A stretch of DNA of 60,267 nucleotides from Octopus bimaculoides (GCF_001194135.2 NC_068998.1:31748033-31808299), one strand, 5' to 3'. Shown: positions 25,444 to 38,545, numbered from the stretch's first letter. A program made the numbers and translations. Notes: generated by a model not told the origin, from the sequence alone.

Positions 25444-26049
25444 GTTACTTAGTCAATTTTGTTGATAGGTAGACAGGTGGGAAGATAGGCAAGCTAGTAG
25501 GTAGGTAGGAAAGTAAGTAGGTAAGTAGATAGATAAATAAATAGATAGATAGATAGATACGTACGTACATAGAACGGTAGGTACATAGGTAGTATGGACA
25601 GACATGCACACACACACACAGCATACACACAAAGACATATGCAAGACACATGTATACACAACAGGCACACGTGCTTACACACAAACTCATATGCATAGAC
25701 ATACTCAAGCACACACACACACAAACACACATGAATACACAGAAGAATACAGACATTCGTACACAAGCACACGTGCACACTGGCATACACACATGCATGC
25801 AACTAAGTCTCAGACAAACGCAGCCTCCGTAACGGATTAAGTCAAAAGTCATTGGAAAGGTTGCAAGTAGCAACAAAAGAACTTTCGCGAACAAAAACAA
25901 AACAAATGACTGACTGTTTAACCAAATTAAACAAACATTTTATTTTGTTGAATATTTAACCAATTGACTAATAATAAAGGAGTAGAATTGAACCAGTGCA
26001 TGTGTTAATAATATTGGCATAATGACTCTCCTTAGATACAACACAATTT

Positions 26050-27050
26050 GTTTCAACACATGAACTCACATAAAGAATCTTGTAAACCAAGTACATAAAC
26101 AATGTTAAGCATATTTATACAGAAGTTTAGATATTAGAAATAAGAATTTGAGGAGTATGGGGAAGCATATAGAAGGAAATCATGTAAGATAAGTAAATAT
26201 AACTTAGGGCAGGTTACATTAAAACCAATTAACGATTTCATTTATAAGTCATAAATATAAAGTTAATGTGGAAGAATTTGAAAATTGGAGAAAAGATTAA
26301 CTAGGCTGTCACTGAAACGTAAGACGAATGAAATGACAGGAAGTAAATCAGTTTTAAGTAAGCTCGAAGTTAAGGAGTACATGAGTGTGTTACATGATAA
26401 ATACATTATAGTACTGATAGATAAAGCAGCAGGGAATTTTGTTATTTTCTGTAAAAAATATTATTTAATGGTATTAGATGAGGAGTTGGGATCAGGTAGT
26501 TTTAAAGGTAAAAGCATGTATGTGGTTGTACCTGATAAAACTAACAAGGCAGCAAGTAATACCCAATTAATACCCAAGGTAGAAAAGTTGAGTGGTTCTA
26601 ACATGGAAGAGAAAGCTAAAGTTATCCTGAAGATTTTCTTTTTTCATTCCTAAACTACACACGGTCTCATATAAAAGTTGATTTATTTTAGGTGCCAGAA
26701 AATGTTCTAACAAAAAGCTATCTATATCACTTTATGAATCTGTAAATTCAGGTATAATTTATGAGGTACTAAGAACAAATTTTTTTGCATGTATGTGTAA
26801 AATCACTTTGGAGTATAAGATCCAGCAACGTATTTTTGAATAAATTACAAGAGTTAAAGTAGATTGAACCATGCATGTTTATGATTTTTCTACACTGTAT
26901 TTTGATTGGAAAGAGTGGAAGAAAGTATATATTTAGTGTAATTTAGTCTAAAAAAGGCTATAAGTATATTAAAAACAGTGAAAGTTTTTTCCTTTGTCTA
27001 ATTGTAGATATAATGGGTTTTAGTAAAAGTTGACTAAATGAAATGGTTAC
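26050..27050 (+). mobile_element. Penelope-like RT fragment (Naiad-like), decayed
   Basis: LHDKYIIVLIDKAAGNFVIFCKKYY..L.EELG (ORF 26285-26653), then IPKLH..YK..FILGARKCS and VYDFSTLY. Confidence 0.7.
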
Positions 27051-27229
27051 CTTTAGCATTAATGAATACATAAAGTGTGTGCAACAAAAATCTGACTTTA
27101 TTCTTTCTCACCACAACTAATGCCACATGGGAAAAATCCTTTGGGTTGGGAGGTGACATGAAAACTTTTGCATCAGTATGCTGTATCAATTTCTGGCTGT
27201 TACACCTAGAGTACAGACGTGTAGTGTGC

Positions 27230-27640
27230 TTACTGGATTTTCGTTTCACGCAAGATGACTGAATGTATCGAGCAGAGACATTGGGGACGAATTTCACCGA
27301 TACTCTCTACATGCACAAATCTTTCATTAAAGTGGAATGCACTGATCCTTTGCTTATTCCAACTTCTTAAGCAGTTTCTTGGAGTTACCCGATGGTCTTC
27401 CATGACTATTCACCAAACCTTCCCAATCGGCTGCAAGAACATGCCTCACTCTCTGCTGAGGTGCGGCTATGTTTGAAGGCGTTGTACCACTTCTTGATCT
27501 GAGTTTTTCTTGTGTCATCATCGCCAAAAAGTTTGCTGAATCTTCTGGATGGTTTGAGCTTGAGTATCACCAAGCTATTGGCAAAACTTGATGCAATATC
27601 TCTGCTTGATGTTTTTGGTGAAAACGAAAATCCAATGAGT
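27230..27640 (-). mobile_element. Mariner (Mos1-like) transposase N-terminal HTH fragment
   Basis: QRYCIKFCQ..GDTQAQTIQKIQQTFGDD..KTQIKKWY..FK on the minus strand. Confidence 0.75.
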
Positions 27641-27720
27641 GCACACTATGCATCTGTACACTAGGTATAACAGATGAGAAATGATGTAGCCAACTGGCAC
27701 GAAAAGGGGCCCACTGGCAC

Positions 27721-28094
27721 GAAAATATCCAATCAGCATCATGGTGTTTGGAGTGATCACTAGTGATGGTGACGTTATGCCTCCATTCATCTTCCCACAT
27801 GGCCTCAGATTCAACACGGAAGCCTACATGAAGTGCCTGGAGGAGGTAGTGTTGCCCTTGGTCAAGAGGGTGGCTGCTGGAAGACCCAATCTCTGGCAAC
27901 AGGACTCTGCACCATGCCACACAAGCTGGAGAACCCAGTCATAGCTGTCACCCCTGACATCTGGCCACCTAACTCCACAGACTGCAACCCCCTTGATTAT
28001 TATGTGTGGGGTGTAGTTGAGCGAGAGACCAACAAAACTTGAAACACCAAAGATGAACTAAAGGCAAGGATTATGGCAGCATTTACCAACTTAA
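27721..28094 (+). mobile_element. maT/DD37D Tc1-mariner transposase fragment
   Basis: MVFGVITSDGDVMPPFIFPHGLRFNTEAY...WQQDSAPCHTS (ORF 27741-27944) and WPPNSTDCNPLDYYVW; homologous to 30636-30989 and 43140-43928. Confidence 0.9.
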
Positions 28095-28099
28095 GATTT

Positions 28100-29740
28100 T
28101 TCCCATGCACCATTAATTTTGTTGGATACTTTTTGAATGTACCTTGTGTTACATTTGCTTGGAAGGATCTGATGGATGATAATTGTAGCCCTTTGTTAGC
28201 AGATGTATATTAGTCTTCATGTGAATTCAATATTCTTAACCTATACCAAAGGTAAAGGATAGGTTTAGTCAAACAATTCAATGGATGCTGCAGATACATC
28301 AATGATAATTTTATTCCTAACTACAATTATGTTGAATATTTGCTTGGAAAATATATCTGGAGAACCTCAAAGTGACTAGAAATAGTCACTTGATAGATGA
28401 GGTTAGCTATTTAGCTGTTAAGGTGGTTAGTGTAGATGAAAAGATTGTAATTAATATTTATAATAAAACTAATCATTTTAATTTCTGCATTGCATTGTTA
28501 CCATGGGCACAAAGTAGAATTCCAGTCAAGTTATTAGATATGGTAGAATAATAAATGTGGTAGGAATGTTTTTGGATAGAATTAAAAGGTTAATGAAACA
28601 TATGCAAAAACAAGGTTAAATTAAGAATAAGTTAGTTAAACATTTTAACTGTTGCTAGGAGAAACATGGTAAAATTTTGAAAAGATATAGAATGATCTCC
28701 AGTTTGCAACTGAGAAAAGTTTCAAGGAGTGATTAATTTTAGTTAAAGGTGAAGGTTAGATAGTTTTCTAGCAGTTTGCAAGTTGGTTGTCATTTATTAT
28801 TGTGTACATCACTTCCATTAAGTTGTTGGTATAGACGTCTGCCAGTTGAATGATGATGGTTTTGCAGTTTCAGGCAGTGGTGATGTTCAGAAGTAAGTTT
28901 AGCCTTCATAATTTCTTTGCAGTACATGGAGTTACATTAAGCTATTTGAAGAATAATTTTATTATGTTATGTTTGTTTTAATAATTTTAATGTTTATAGG
29001 TTTTAGATAGAAATATTAGTTTAAATTCTTTATTTATTTCTTTATTCACTAATTAATGATGTTCCCAAGTAGTAGTCATTTTGTGCTGTTTGATTAATAA
29101 TAACTTGACAGTTTGTTTGCAATTTGGTTGTTTTATTTATGTTGTTAATTTGATATAGTTTGGAAGTTTTTGTCATATCTGTATTATTTTTTATTTTATA
29201 TTATTTATCTAATTATTTTATTGTAATATTTTTAATATGATTTTTAAAAAATATGCAGTTTATTCAGTTAATTTATTTTCTATAATTAGACACAAAGTTA
29301 ATAGATATTGACCTATACTTGCCTTTTTCCCTAGCATGTGGTCTGGGGATCTTGGCTAAAAGGTATATTGTTGCACTTGTTTATACTTGGTTCATTTTTA
29401 GTGTAGTTTCATGTTTGGACTATGTTAATCTACAGGTCTGAGGTCCCAGGCTTGCTGTTTCTAATGTTATTATCATGTTGTGTATTGGTAGTAATGTAGG
29501 TTCTGAAACCATAGTGATATCTATTGGGAAGCTGAAGGTAGAATTATATGTTTGATATGTTTGTTTGCAAATCTTTAATATCTTGGGGTCTCAGTATTCT
29601 CATAAGTTGAACATGTTTTTGGGTTCATGGCTTTTGGTGATTATGTATAATTAGTAATGCTTCATTGATTTCATGGATATTTTTTTTAGGCTGGGATAAT
29701 GCTTAATTGATGGTTTCTAGTTTTGGGAGGTTTTGTGGCA
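28100..29740 (-). mobile_element. Possible very old Penelope-like element
   Basis: Weak remnants only: TIYLLAKI (about 29360, like FYLLPKIHK) and NLIYQVTIS (about 28400); strand-biased composition like the other PLE pieces. Confidence 0.3.
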
Positions 29741-29759
29741 TGTATATATATCATATCCT

Positions 29760-29848
29760 TTACCTTTTATTTGTTTCAGTCGTTAGACTGCAGCCATGCT
29801 GAAGCACCACCTTGAAGAATTTTAGAACTTACGTTTTTAAGCCTGAGC

Positions 29849-29881
<33 letters not shown>

Positions 29882-30072
29882 ACACACACACACACACAAA
29901 CATACATACATGATGGACTTCATTCAGTTTCTGTTTACCAAATCCACTCACAAGACTTTGATTGTCTCAGTTCTATAGTAGAAGACATTTGTCCAAGGTT
30001 CAACATAGTGGGACTAAACCTAGAACCATGTGGTTGGGAAACAAACTTCTTACCACACAGCCACCCCTATGC
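29760..30072 (-). mobile_element. SINE family A (shortened tail, internal CA tract, head)
   Basis: Tail at 29765-29820, (CA)n, then head cttcattcagtttctgtttaccaaatccactcacaag...cttaccacacagccac. Confidence 0.85.
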
Positions 30073-30074
30073 AC

Positions 30075-30115
<41 letters not shown>

Positions 30116-30204
30116 AATGCATACACTCTCACGCACACATGCTCACACACATACACACAAATTTACACATATATGTATACATGTATGCATATGTGTACAT
30201 ACAT

Positions 30205-30237
<33 letters not shown>

Positions 30238-30243
30238 TACACA

Positions 30244-30339
<96 letters not shown>

Positions 30340-30377
30340 AATACACACACATATATATAAATATATATACATATATA
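30075..30377. repeat. Compound (TA)n/(CA)n microsatellite
   Basis: Seen directly; source of the HT/CV/YI ORFs. Confidence 0.95.
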
Positions 30378-31247
30378 CAGGGTGTGATGTGTAACTTGCC
30401 GCCATTCTATATTTTTAATTTTGCGTATGCACATTGTTTTTGATTTTGTCAACTACACAGTATAGTAGGGTCAGTTGGGAACCGTCTGTGAGAAAAACAG
30501 CACTATGATGCAATGCACTATGACAGAAATTTAGAAATGACATGCTGTACTGCTTGGCATTTGCGCTGGAAGCTCCAATGCAAACATTTCAGGTGTCAAT
30601 CTGAGAAGAATACAATCTGAGGACATGTACCAAGAGTGATAAAAATCAAATATCCAATCAACATCATGGTGTTTGGAGTGATCACTAGTGATGGTGACGT
30701 TATGCCCCCATTCATCTTCCCACACGGCCTCAGACTCAACACGGAGGCCTTCATGAAGTACCTGGAGGAGGTAGTGCTGCCCTTGGTCAAGAGGATGGTT
30801 GCTGGAAGACCCTATGTCTGGCAACAGGACTCTGCACCACGCTGCACAAGCTGGAGAACCCAATCATGGCTGTCAGACAATTTCTGCAACCACATCACCA
30901 CTGACATCTGGCCACCTAACTCCGCAGACTGCAGTCCCCTTGATTATTATGTGTGGGGTGCAGTTGAGCGAGAGACCAACAAAACTTGAAACACCAAAGA
31001 TGAACTAAAAGCAAGGATTATGGCAGCATTTACCAACTTAAACAAGGAGACTGTCCAGAAGAGTTGTGAGAGATTCTGAAGTCGTCTGGAGGCCGTGATT
31101 GAAGTCAATGACGATTTTATTGAATAAATTTACTGTTTAGTATTTCAAGATATTTTTATGTAATCTTGGTAAATATATCTGTTAAAATGAGATGTTAGTG
31201 TTGTCATTTTTCTGTAATTTAGACAACAGTTTATTTGCCTGACCCTG
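30378..31247 (+). mobile_element. Internally deleted maT/DD37D transposon, 870 bp
   Basis: Ends TA|cagggtg...accctg|TA; ORF 30636-30989 encodes only the catalytic C-terminal part (QQDSAP...WPPNSADCSPLDY). Confidence 0.9.
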
Positions 31248-31341
31248 TATATATGGATATTTATGTGTACATACGCACAAAGGCATAATATGTGGGTGTG
31301 TGTATAAGTGTTTATAAATATGCATCTGTATTGGATATACT

Positions 31342-31735
31342 CTATTTACTCTTTTACTTGTTTCAGTCATTTGACTACAGCCATGCTGGAGCCTCGCCTT
31401 TAGTCAATCAAATCGACCCCAGGACTTATTCTTTGGATACCTAATACTTATTCTATCGGTCTTTTTTGCTGAACCGCTAAGTTACGGGGACGTAAACACA
31501 CCAGCATAGGTCGTCAAGTGATGTTGTGGGGACAAACACAGACACACAAACACACATACACATATATATATATACGATGGGCTTCTTTCAGTTTCCGTCT
31601 ACCAAATCCACTCACAAGGCTTTGGTCAGCCCGAGGCTATAGTAGAAGACACTTGCCCAAGGTACCACGCAGTGGGAATGAACCCAGAACCATGTGGTTG
31701 GTAAGCAAGCTACTTACCACACAACCACTCCTGTG
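31342..31735 (-). mobile_element. SINE family A, full structure (head, short microsatellite, tail)
   Basis: Minus head gcacaggagtggttgtgtggtaagtagcttgc...ggttctgggttcattccc (box A/B-like), a CA/TA tract, then the conserved tail. Confidence 0.92.
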
Positions 31736-31869
31736 CGTGTTATATGTATGTTATAAATGTATGTTATAATGTAAATATGCATGTTATAAATATGCATGTT
31801 ATAAATGTAAATAGAATTGGTTATTACATCTAGGTAGTTTATTTGTGTCTCTGTCTTTTTTGTGCATCA

Positions 31870-32950
31870 TGTGTTTTATGAATTCCTGCTCCTGTATTGC
31901 AAAAGAACACTCTTCAAAGTGAGTGCTAACATCCTGGTTGTTAGTCCAGGATTACTATTAGTTAACTGTGCCACTGCCACTTTGAAGCTTTCAAGGAACA
32001 CGGCCATGTATGGTCTTTTGTCGATATGTATACAGCTTCTCTTTCGATGATCTGTTACAATAGAGCTGTGTAACTTCTCTGGGTGTATATCCTAGACTGT
32101 CAGTTAGGAAGTACTTCCTGATAAGTTCCTTTCTAACTCACATGATGTTATCTGCTTCAGGTATGCGGACTTGATCCATGGTTGAACTTAACATTTGGTG
32201 ATTAGTAGACATTGTCAAAAGGTTGTGATGCACCATTCAAAGGTTATTTTAATACTAAGAATCTCCTGCCTTATTTTCATTTTAAGTTGAGGCAGTCTAC
32301 TACACTGTTAATGGGTTAACAATTTTCACGTTTTAACATTAACAGTCCAGACCTCATCTGGCATTTAGCTGAATTGGCCAAATCCTGGTACAGCAAGTAT
32401 ATTGTGGGTTTTTGATTCATTGCTCACAGAAAGTTCTGAGGACAACATTTTCTTTATTTGGTTACAAGTTTCCCTAGCATCAGAAAAATAGATCGACCAT
32501 TCATTGAAATGTTGCTGGGTGAGCTGTAGTTCTCTATCATTTTACAACCCTGTAAAAATATTTATTCTGGCCAAATTCTATTCCTATATATTTTGAGGAT
32601 GCTGTTGCTTGGCCAAGATTTTTGTTCAGCTATTCATGTTCTTGGCATATATTCTCAGATTGTCTACTAAGAAAAAAATGTGTTATAAAGTTTTTGTCTC
32701 CCTCTAAGTCAATCACATACCCTTCAGTTTTCCTTCACAATAAAGACAGATGGTTTACTGAAAATATATCACAGATAACCTGCTGGTAAACTTCAATATG
32801 GTTCATCTGATAGAAGATTAGGTCTCTTGACCCAGTATCCAACAATCAAATCTCTTCCTGTTTTTTTTTCTTTCCTGAAGATTTTTAGTCTGTCTCAACT
32901 GTCTCGCCTTCGATGCGTTATACTTTCCATTTAATACATAATATTATCAG
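31870..32950 (-). mobile_element. R4/Dong-like retrotransposon fragment, heavily deleted
   Basis: Minus translations GRDLIVGYWVK (32860-32825), SELSVSNESKTHNILAVP (32440-32385) and QKTIHG...VSTHFEECSFAIQEQE (32030-31880). Confidence 0.75.
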
Positions 32951-33272
32951 TTACTCTTCATATTATCCTGTTTGACCTCATCCTTTGTGTTCTTATCCTC
33001 AGTGGCAGATCAGTTCTGAGTGAGAAGACCTATGACCAAAGCTATCCCAACCATATGTATTTTCAGATATCTGATGCTACAGTGTTCTTTATTCTTAAGA
33101 TGATTGGGAGTGATTAGGATGAAATTTGGTTGTTATTTCTAGCAGGTTCAACGATCACATACTGACACTCATCAGTTCATATTTGCCATATATTAAGCCC
33201 ATGGTTGTGAGAGACATGTATGTGTATATATATATTTGGATATACATATGTATGTATATATGTGTTTATTAA

Positions 33273-33332
<60 letters not shown>

Positions 33333-33955
33333 NNNNNNNNNNNNNNNNNNNNNNNNNNNNNNNNNNNNNNNNNNNNNNNNNNNNNNNNNNNNNNNNNNNN
33401 NNNNNNNNNNNNNNNNNNNNNNNNNNNNNNNNNNNNNNNNNNNNNNNNNNNNNNNNNNNNNNNNNNNNNNNNNNNNNNNNNNNNNNNNNNNNNNNNNNNN
33501 NNNNNNNNNNNNNNNNNNNNNNNNNNNNNNNNNNNNNNNNNNNNNNNNNNNNNNNNNNNNNNNNNNNNNNNNNNNNNNNNNNNNNNNNNNNNNNNNNNNN
33601 NNNNNNNNNNNNNNNNNNNNNNNNNNNNNNNNNNNNNNNNNNNNNNNNNNNNNNNNNNNNNNNNNNNNNNNNNNNNNNNNNNNNNNNNNNNNNNNNNNNN
33701 NNNNNNNNNNNNNNNNNNNNNNNNNNNNNNNNNNNNNNNNNNNNNNNNNNNNNNNNNNNNNNNNNNNNNNNNNNNNNNNNNNNNNNNNNNNNNNNNNNNN
33801 NNNNNNNNNNNNNNNNNNNNNNNNNNNNNNNNNNNNNNNNNNNNNNNNNNNNNNNNNNNNNNNNNNNNNNNNNNNNNNNNNNNNNNNNNNNNNNNNNNNN
33901 NNNNNNNNNNNNNNNNNNNNNNNNNNNNNNNNNNNNNNNNNNNNNNNNNNNNNNN
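33333..33955. other. Assembly gap flanked by (CT)n and (CA)n
   Basis: Run of N. Confidence 1.
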
Positions 33956-34026
<71 letters not shown>

Positions 34027-34038
34027 CATAAATATATT

Positions 34039-34951
34039 TAATAGAAATATATGAGAAAAGGTTGAGTTCTATTTCATCCTTTACTTTGGTGGGTTCCAAA
34101 GGTCGATTTCTAGTAAAGATTCTTCATATTACATTGGTAGCTTAATGATGTAAGAATTTTTTGAATATGAATATGCTACAAGTATAAGGGCTGTTATGAA
34201 CATTTATAGAACACATATTCCATAGAAACTCAACAAACAATTAAAGATGGAGAAGAAAAGGTGTTAAAAGTTTAAAAGCAATTTAATCCATGACTGCTGA
34301 CCTGAACTTTTGATTATTTCCTCCCCATTTCTTCTTATCTAACCTTAACTTGAATTAAACGTTTTAGTTCATACACAACTAGATTCAACAACACTATCTT
34401 AGCATGTTTTTGTTTCATAAGTATATTGTGTATATCCTAATATGTTATGTGACATTCACTCCATCTAGTCTTCCGTAACAATATTTATTTATTTATTTAT
34501 TTATTTATGTGTTTCAGCCAAGTGGCTGCGGTCATGCTGGTGCACTATTTTTCTGATGTATTTTTTTGATGTATTCTTTTTTTGCATTGAGGAGAACAGT
34601 AATATGCAATTAATTTAATTATAATTAAATTAATTCTAATTTTTGTTTTACCATGTTATTTACATGTTAATATTACCATTTGAAACGATCGTATATATGA
34701 ATTGAATTCTTTTAAAACTTTTAACACCTTTTCTTCTCCATCTTCAATTGTTTGTTGAGTTTCTATGGAATATGTGTTCTATAAATGCTCATAACAGCCC
34801 TTATACTTGTAGCATATTCATATTCGAAAAATTCTCACAACAGCAAGCTACCAGTGTAATATGAAGAATCTTTATTAGAAATCGACCTTTGAAAACCCCT
34901 AAAGTAAAAGATGAAATAGAACTCAACCTTTTCTCACATATATTTCTATTA
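34039..34951. mobile_element. MITE/fold-back element with long inverted arms of about 255 bp (34039-34292 and 34697-34951)
   Basis: taatagaaatatatgagaaaaggttgagttc... is mirrored by ...gaactcaaccttttctcacatatatttctatta; TA-rich flanks. Confidence 0.85.
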
Positions 34952-34976
34952 TATATATATATATATATATATATAT

Positions 34977-35309
34977 NNNNNNNNNNNNNNNNNNNNNNNN
35001 NNNNNNNNNNNNNNNNNNNNNNNNNNNNNNNNNNNNNNNNNNNNNNNNNNNNNNNNNNNNNNNNNNNNNNNNNNNNNNNNNNNNNNNNNNNNNNNNNNNN
35101 NNNNNNNNNNNNNNNNNNNNNNNNNNNNNNNNNNNNNNNNNNNNNNNNNNNNNNNNNNNNNNNNNNNNNNNNNNNNNNNNNNNNNNNNNNNNNNNNNNNN
35201 NNNNNNNNNNNNNNNNNNNNNNNNNNNNNNNNNNNNNNNNNNNNNNNNNNNNNNNNNNNNNNNNNNNNNNNNNNNNNNNNNNNNNNNNNNNNNNNNNNNN
35301 NNNNNNNNN
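34977..35309. other. Assembly gap
   Basis: Run of N. Confidence 1.
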
Positions 35310-35656
35310 ATGGCTCTTCCCATGGACCGCAAATTAAATTTGTATACACAAATTAAATTTGTACCATGGAGGAATGTAGTGGCGGACAGAAAACAAGACA
35401 GGAAAACAAACGGAAAAGGCTATACGGCCAGACGTGAAAAATTATGTGTATATGAACGCTGTGAGGCAACGAACAGGAAGCGGGACGAAGTAAGTTCGCG
35501 TGTTTGCTCGGCGATAGCCAAGGAAGAAAAGGATTAGTAACTGGAAATATGTGACCAGCGAGGGGTAAGGAAGAGACAGAGTGGTAGAGGAAGAAACAAG
35601 GGGAGGAAGCAGAAAAATAGGTGAGCAACGAGAGAAAGAGAGGAAGAGAGAAATCT

Positions 35657-35965
35657 AGTAGTAACAGAAGGAAGAACGAGAGGAGGAAAGAGAGAGATAT
35701 ATAGTAGTAAGAGAAGGAAGAACGAGAGGGGTAAAGAGAGAGATACGTAGTAGTAACAGAAGGAAGAACGAGCGGGGGAAAGAGAGATATATATAGTAGT
35801 AACAGAAGGAAGAACGAGAGGGATAAAGAGAGAGATATATAGTAGTAAGAGAAGGAAGAACGAGAGGGGTAAAGAGAGAGATACGTAGTAGTAACAGAAA
35901 GAAGAACGAGAGGGATAAAGAGAGAGATACGTAGTAGTAACAGAAGGAAGAACAAGAAGGGGAAA
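35657..35965. repeat. 46-bp purine-rich minisatellite, about 6.7 copies
   Basis: Unit starts agtagtaa(c/g)agaa at 35657, 35703, 35749, 35795, 35841, 35887 and 35933. Confidence 0.95.
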
Positions 35966-36194
35966 AAGTTATAGAGATAGAGATAGATAGAGTCACGTCA
36001 GAAAATATGAAGTTCAAAAACTACTTACAGGGATGACGCAGGCGTTCGATCATGTAAAACAAATAATAAATGAGTATATGCATATATACGTACAGGTATG
36101 TGCATACCTATCTAAATCTTGTACAAGTATTCTTTTATTCTTTCCTTCTTTCTAACGAGACACCTATTTAAGTAGAAAAAATAACAACAGTAAT

Positions 36195-36830
36195 ATGCAC
36201 ACGAATAATAACATTAGCCACAATAATAATAATAGTAATGATGGTAATACTAGTAGTAACAGCGGTGTCGGTGATGATAATGATACTGCTACTACTACTA
36301 CTACTAATAATAATAGCAATAGAAACAACAATAATAATAATAATAATATTGAAATCAATAATAATAATAACAATAACGACAATAATAACAATAATAATAA
36401 TAATGATACGAGCAATTGCAATAGTAATAACGACAACAATATCATTATTAGTATCAACAATAGCCACAGCACCAATAATGCAATACCTAATGCTACCCAT
36501 AATATTACCCCCACACAGCTATATAGAAGCTGTGATTGTAGAATTAGCAGGAATTGTGTATTCAACAATAACTGCATTAGAAAGGAAGTAGTATATCAAT
36601 ATGCAGTAAGTACGCAATCTGGTATTAAGGTATATGTAGGAGCAACCCAGAATAATATGAAACATAGACTTAATCACCATAGATACACCTTTAGAAACAG
36701 AAATAGAAGAAATTCAACGGGATTGAGCAACTACATATGGGAACTTAAGAATAAGTGTATATATATATATGAACCTTTAGTAAATACACGCGGGACTAGT
36801 TCATCATACATACTAGCACTTAGTAATTAA
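36195..36830 (+). mobile_element. Penelope-like GIY-YIG endonuclease fragment with Asn-rich linker (211-aa ORF)
   Basis: CDCRISRNCVFNNNC..KEVVYQ...KVYVGATQNNMKHRLNHHRYTFRN...STGLSNYIWELK. Confidence 0.85.
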
Positions 36831-36951
36831 AATACACCCTAGAAATGAGTAGAGTAATAATAATAATATAGCTCACTGTCCACTAGCTTAAATTATAAAT
36901 ATACACCATTATGTACAATCGGATAATTGAGTATAATATGATGCAACTTAC

Positions 36952-37326
36952 NNNNNNNNNNNNNNNNNNNNNNNNNNNNNNNNNNNNNNNNNNNNNNNNN
37001 NNNNNNNNNNNNNNNNNNNNNNNNNNNNNNNNNNNNNNNNNNNNNNNNNNNNNNNNNNNNNNNNNNNNNNNNNNNNNNNNNNNNNNNNNNNNNNNNNNNN
37101 NNNNNNNNNNNNNNNNNNNNNNNNNNNNNNNNNNNNNNNNNNNNNNNNNNNNNNNNNNNNNNNNNNNNNNNNNNNNNNNNNNNNNNNNNNNNNNNNNNNN
37201 NNNNNNNNNNNNNNNNNNNNNNNNNNNNNNNNNNNNNNNNNNNNNNNNNNNNNNNNNNNNNNNNNNNNNNNNNNNNNNNNNNNNNNNNNNNNNNNNNNNN
37301 NNNNNNNNNNNNNNNNNNNNNNNNNN
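36952..37326. other. Assembly gap
   Basis: Run of N. Confidence 1.
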
Positions 37327-37392
37327 TATATATATATATATATATTTATATATGTATATACTCCCAGGCCTTTAACTAGAACGCTTACAGAA

Positions 37393-37429
<37 letters not shown>

Positions 37430-38074
37430 AATTAGTATAAACAGCCAAGTGCAGTGTGATACCATGAAAAATATTCAGTCGTCAGTAAGTGTGACTAAGG
37501 ATGCTGAAGCATCTACATTGCTAAAAATAAGAGTTAAAATACTCTTAATGCTATAGGAAGACTGCAGAATGTATACACCTATGTTGACAGGAGAGGTAAC
37601 CGTCTCATGACCGTCTTGAGCATCCCCAACAAATAAAAAATCACTGAATCAACTAATGGCAGATTAAATTATTATTTCAGCCAGGAAATCCTGGCTAACT
37701 GAATTTACAGGAATTGTGGGTTTTTTTAATTATAAGATCATATATATTTTTTTTTTTTTTATTTATGTGTTTTGACAACAAAAGAATGAAAGAGACCTCG
37801 ATATTATGTAAATAGAGGAATTTATTTGTAATATAATATGTGACAATTATTCAGTTGCCATAATAAAACTCTGAGTTTCGGATGTCGGGACAGAAATCTG
37901 CACTGGCATCTCTTCAGTTATCGAGGCAATTAAAATATACTATGAAAATGACCGTTACACAAAGGGAAATTACTGTGTAAATGACCGTTATTAAGACAAA
38001 AGAGCTATTAGAATGACCGTTAAATAAGAAAAAAAACCGAGGAAGTAAAAAGTACAGTTGTAAGAAAGCTCATA

Positions 38075-38545
38075 GCACTCGCGTGTGCGCGCATGTACAT
38101 ACATACACATGCGCGCACGCACGCACGCACACCCACGTACATGTGCCTATATGCATATGCTCACTCAGACTCGCATGAAACATACACATGCGCACCCACA
38201 CATACGCCAAATAGATGCACATATATATGCAACCATGCATGTACACGTATGCAAATCCACACACACGCACGCACACACACGCACACACACGTGTACATAC
38301 TCATACGCGCACAGTTAGATTCAAATACACATGCGCGCACACACACACGTGCACGCAAACATAGGCGCACAGTTATATTCAAATGCACGTCTAAAACACA
38401 TACATGCTATATATGCATATGCTCACTTACACTCGCGTGGACTCCCACGTATATATGCAACCATACACATGTGCATATACATGTACATATATACATATCC
38501 GCACACGCACGCGCGTGCACAAAAGTTTCATATACACTTCTATAT
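38075..38545. repeat. Degenerate (CA)/(CGCA)/(CATA) low-complexity tract
   Basis: Seen directly. Confidence 0.85.

Noticed and set aside
28497-28510. Third X-box-like word GTTACCATGGGCAC
   Set aside because: The right half-site is poor and it lies inside a probable decayed retroelement.
35657-35965. CRISPR-like array (also 56380-56476 and 37947-38022)
   Set aside because: These are tandem units without unique spacers of CRISPR size, with no cas genes and a eukaryotic context.
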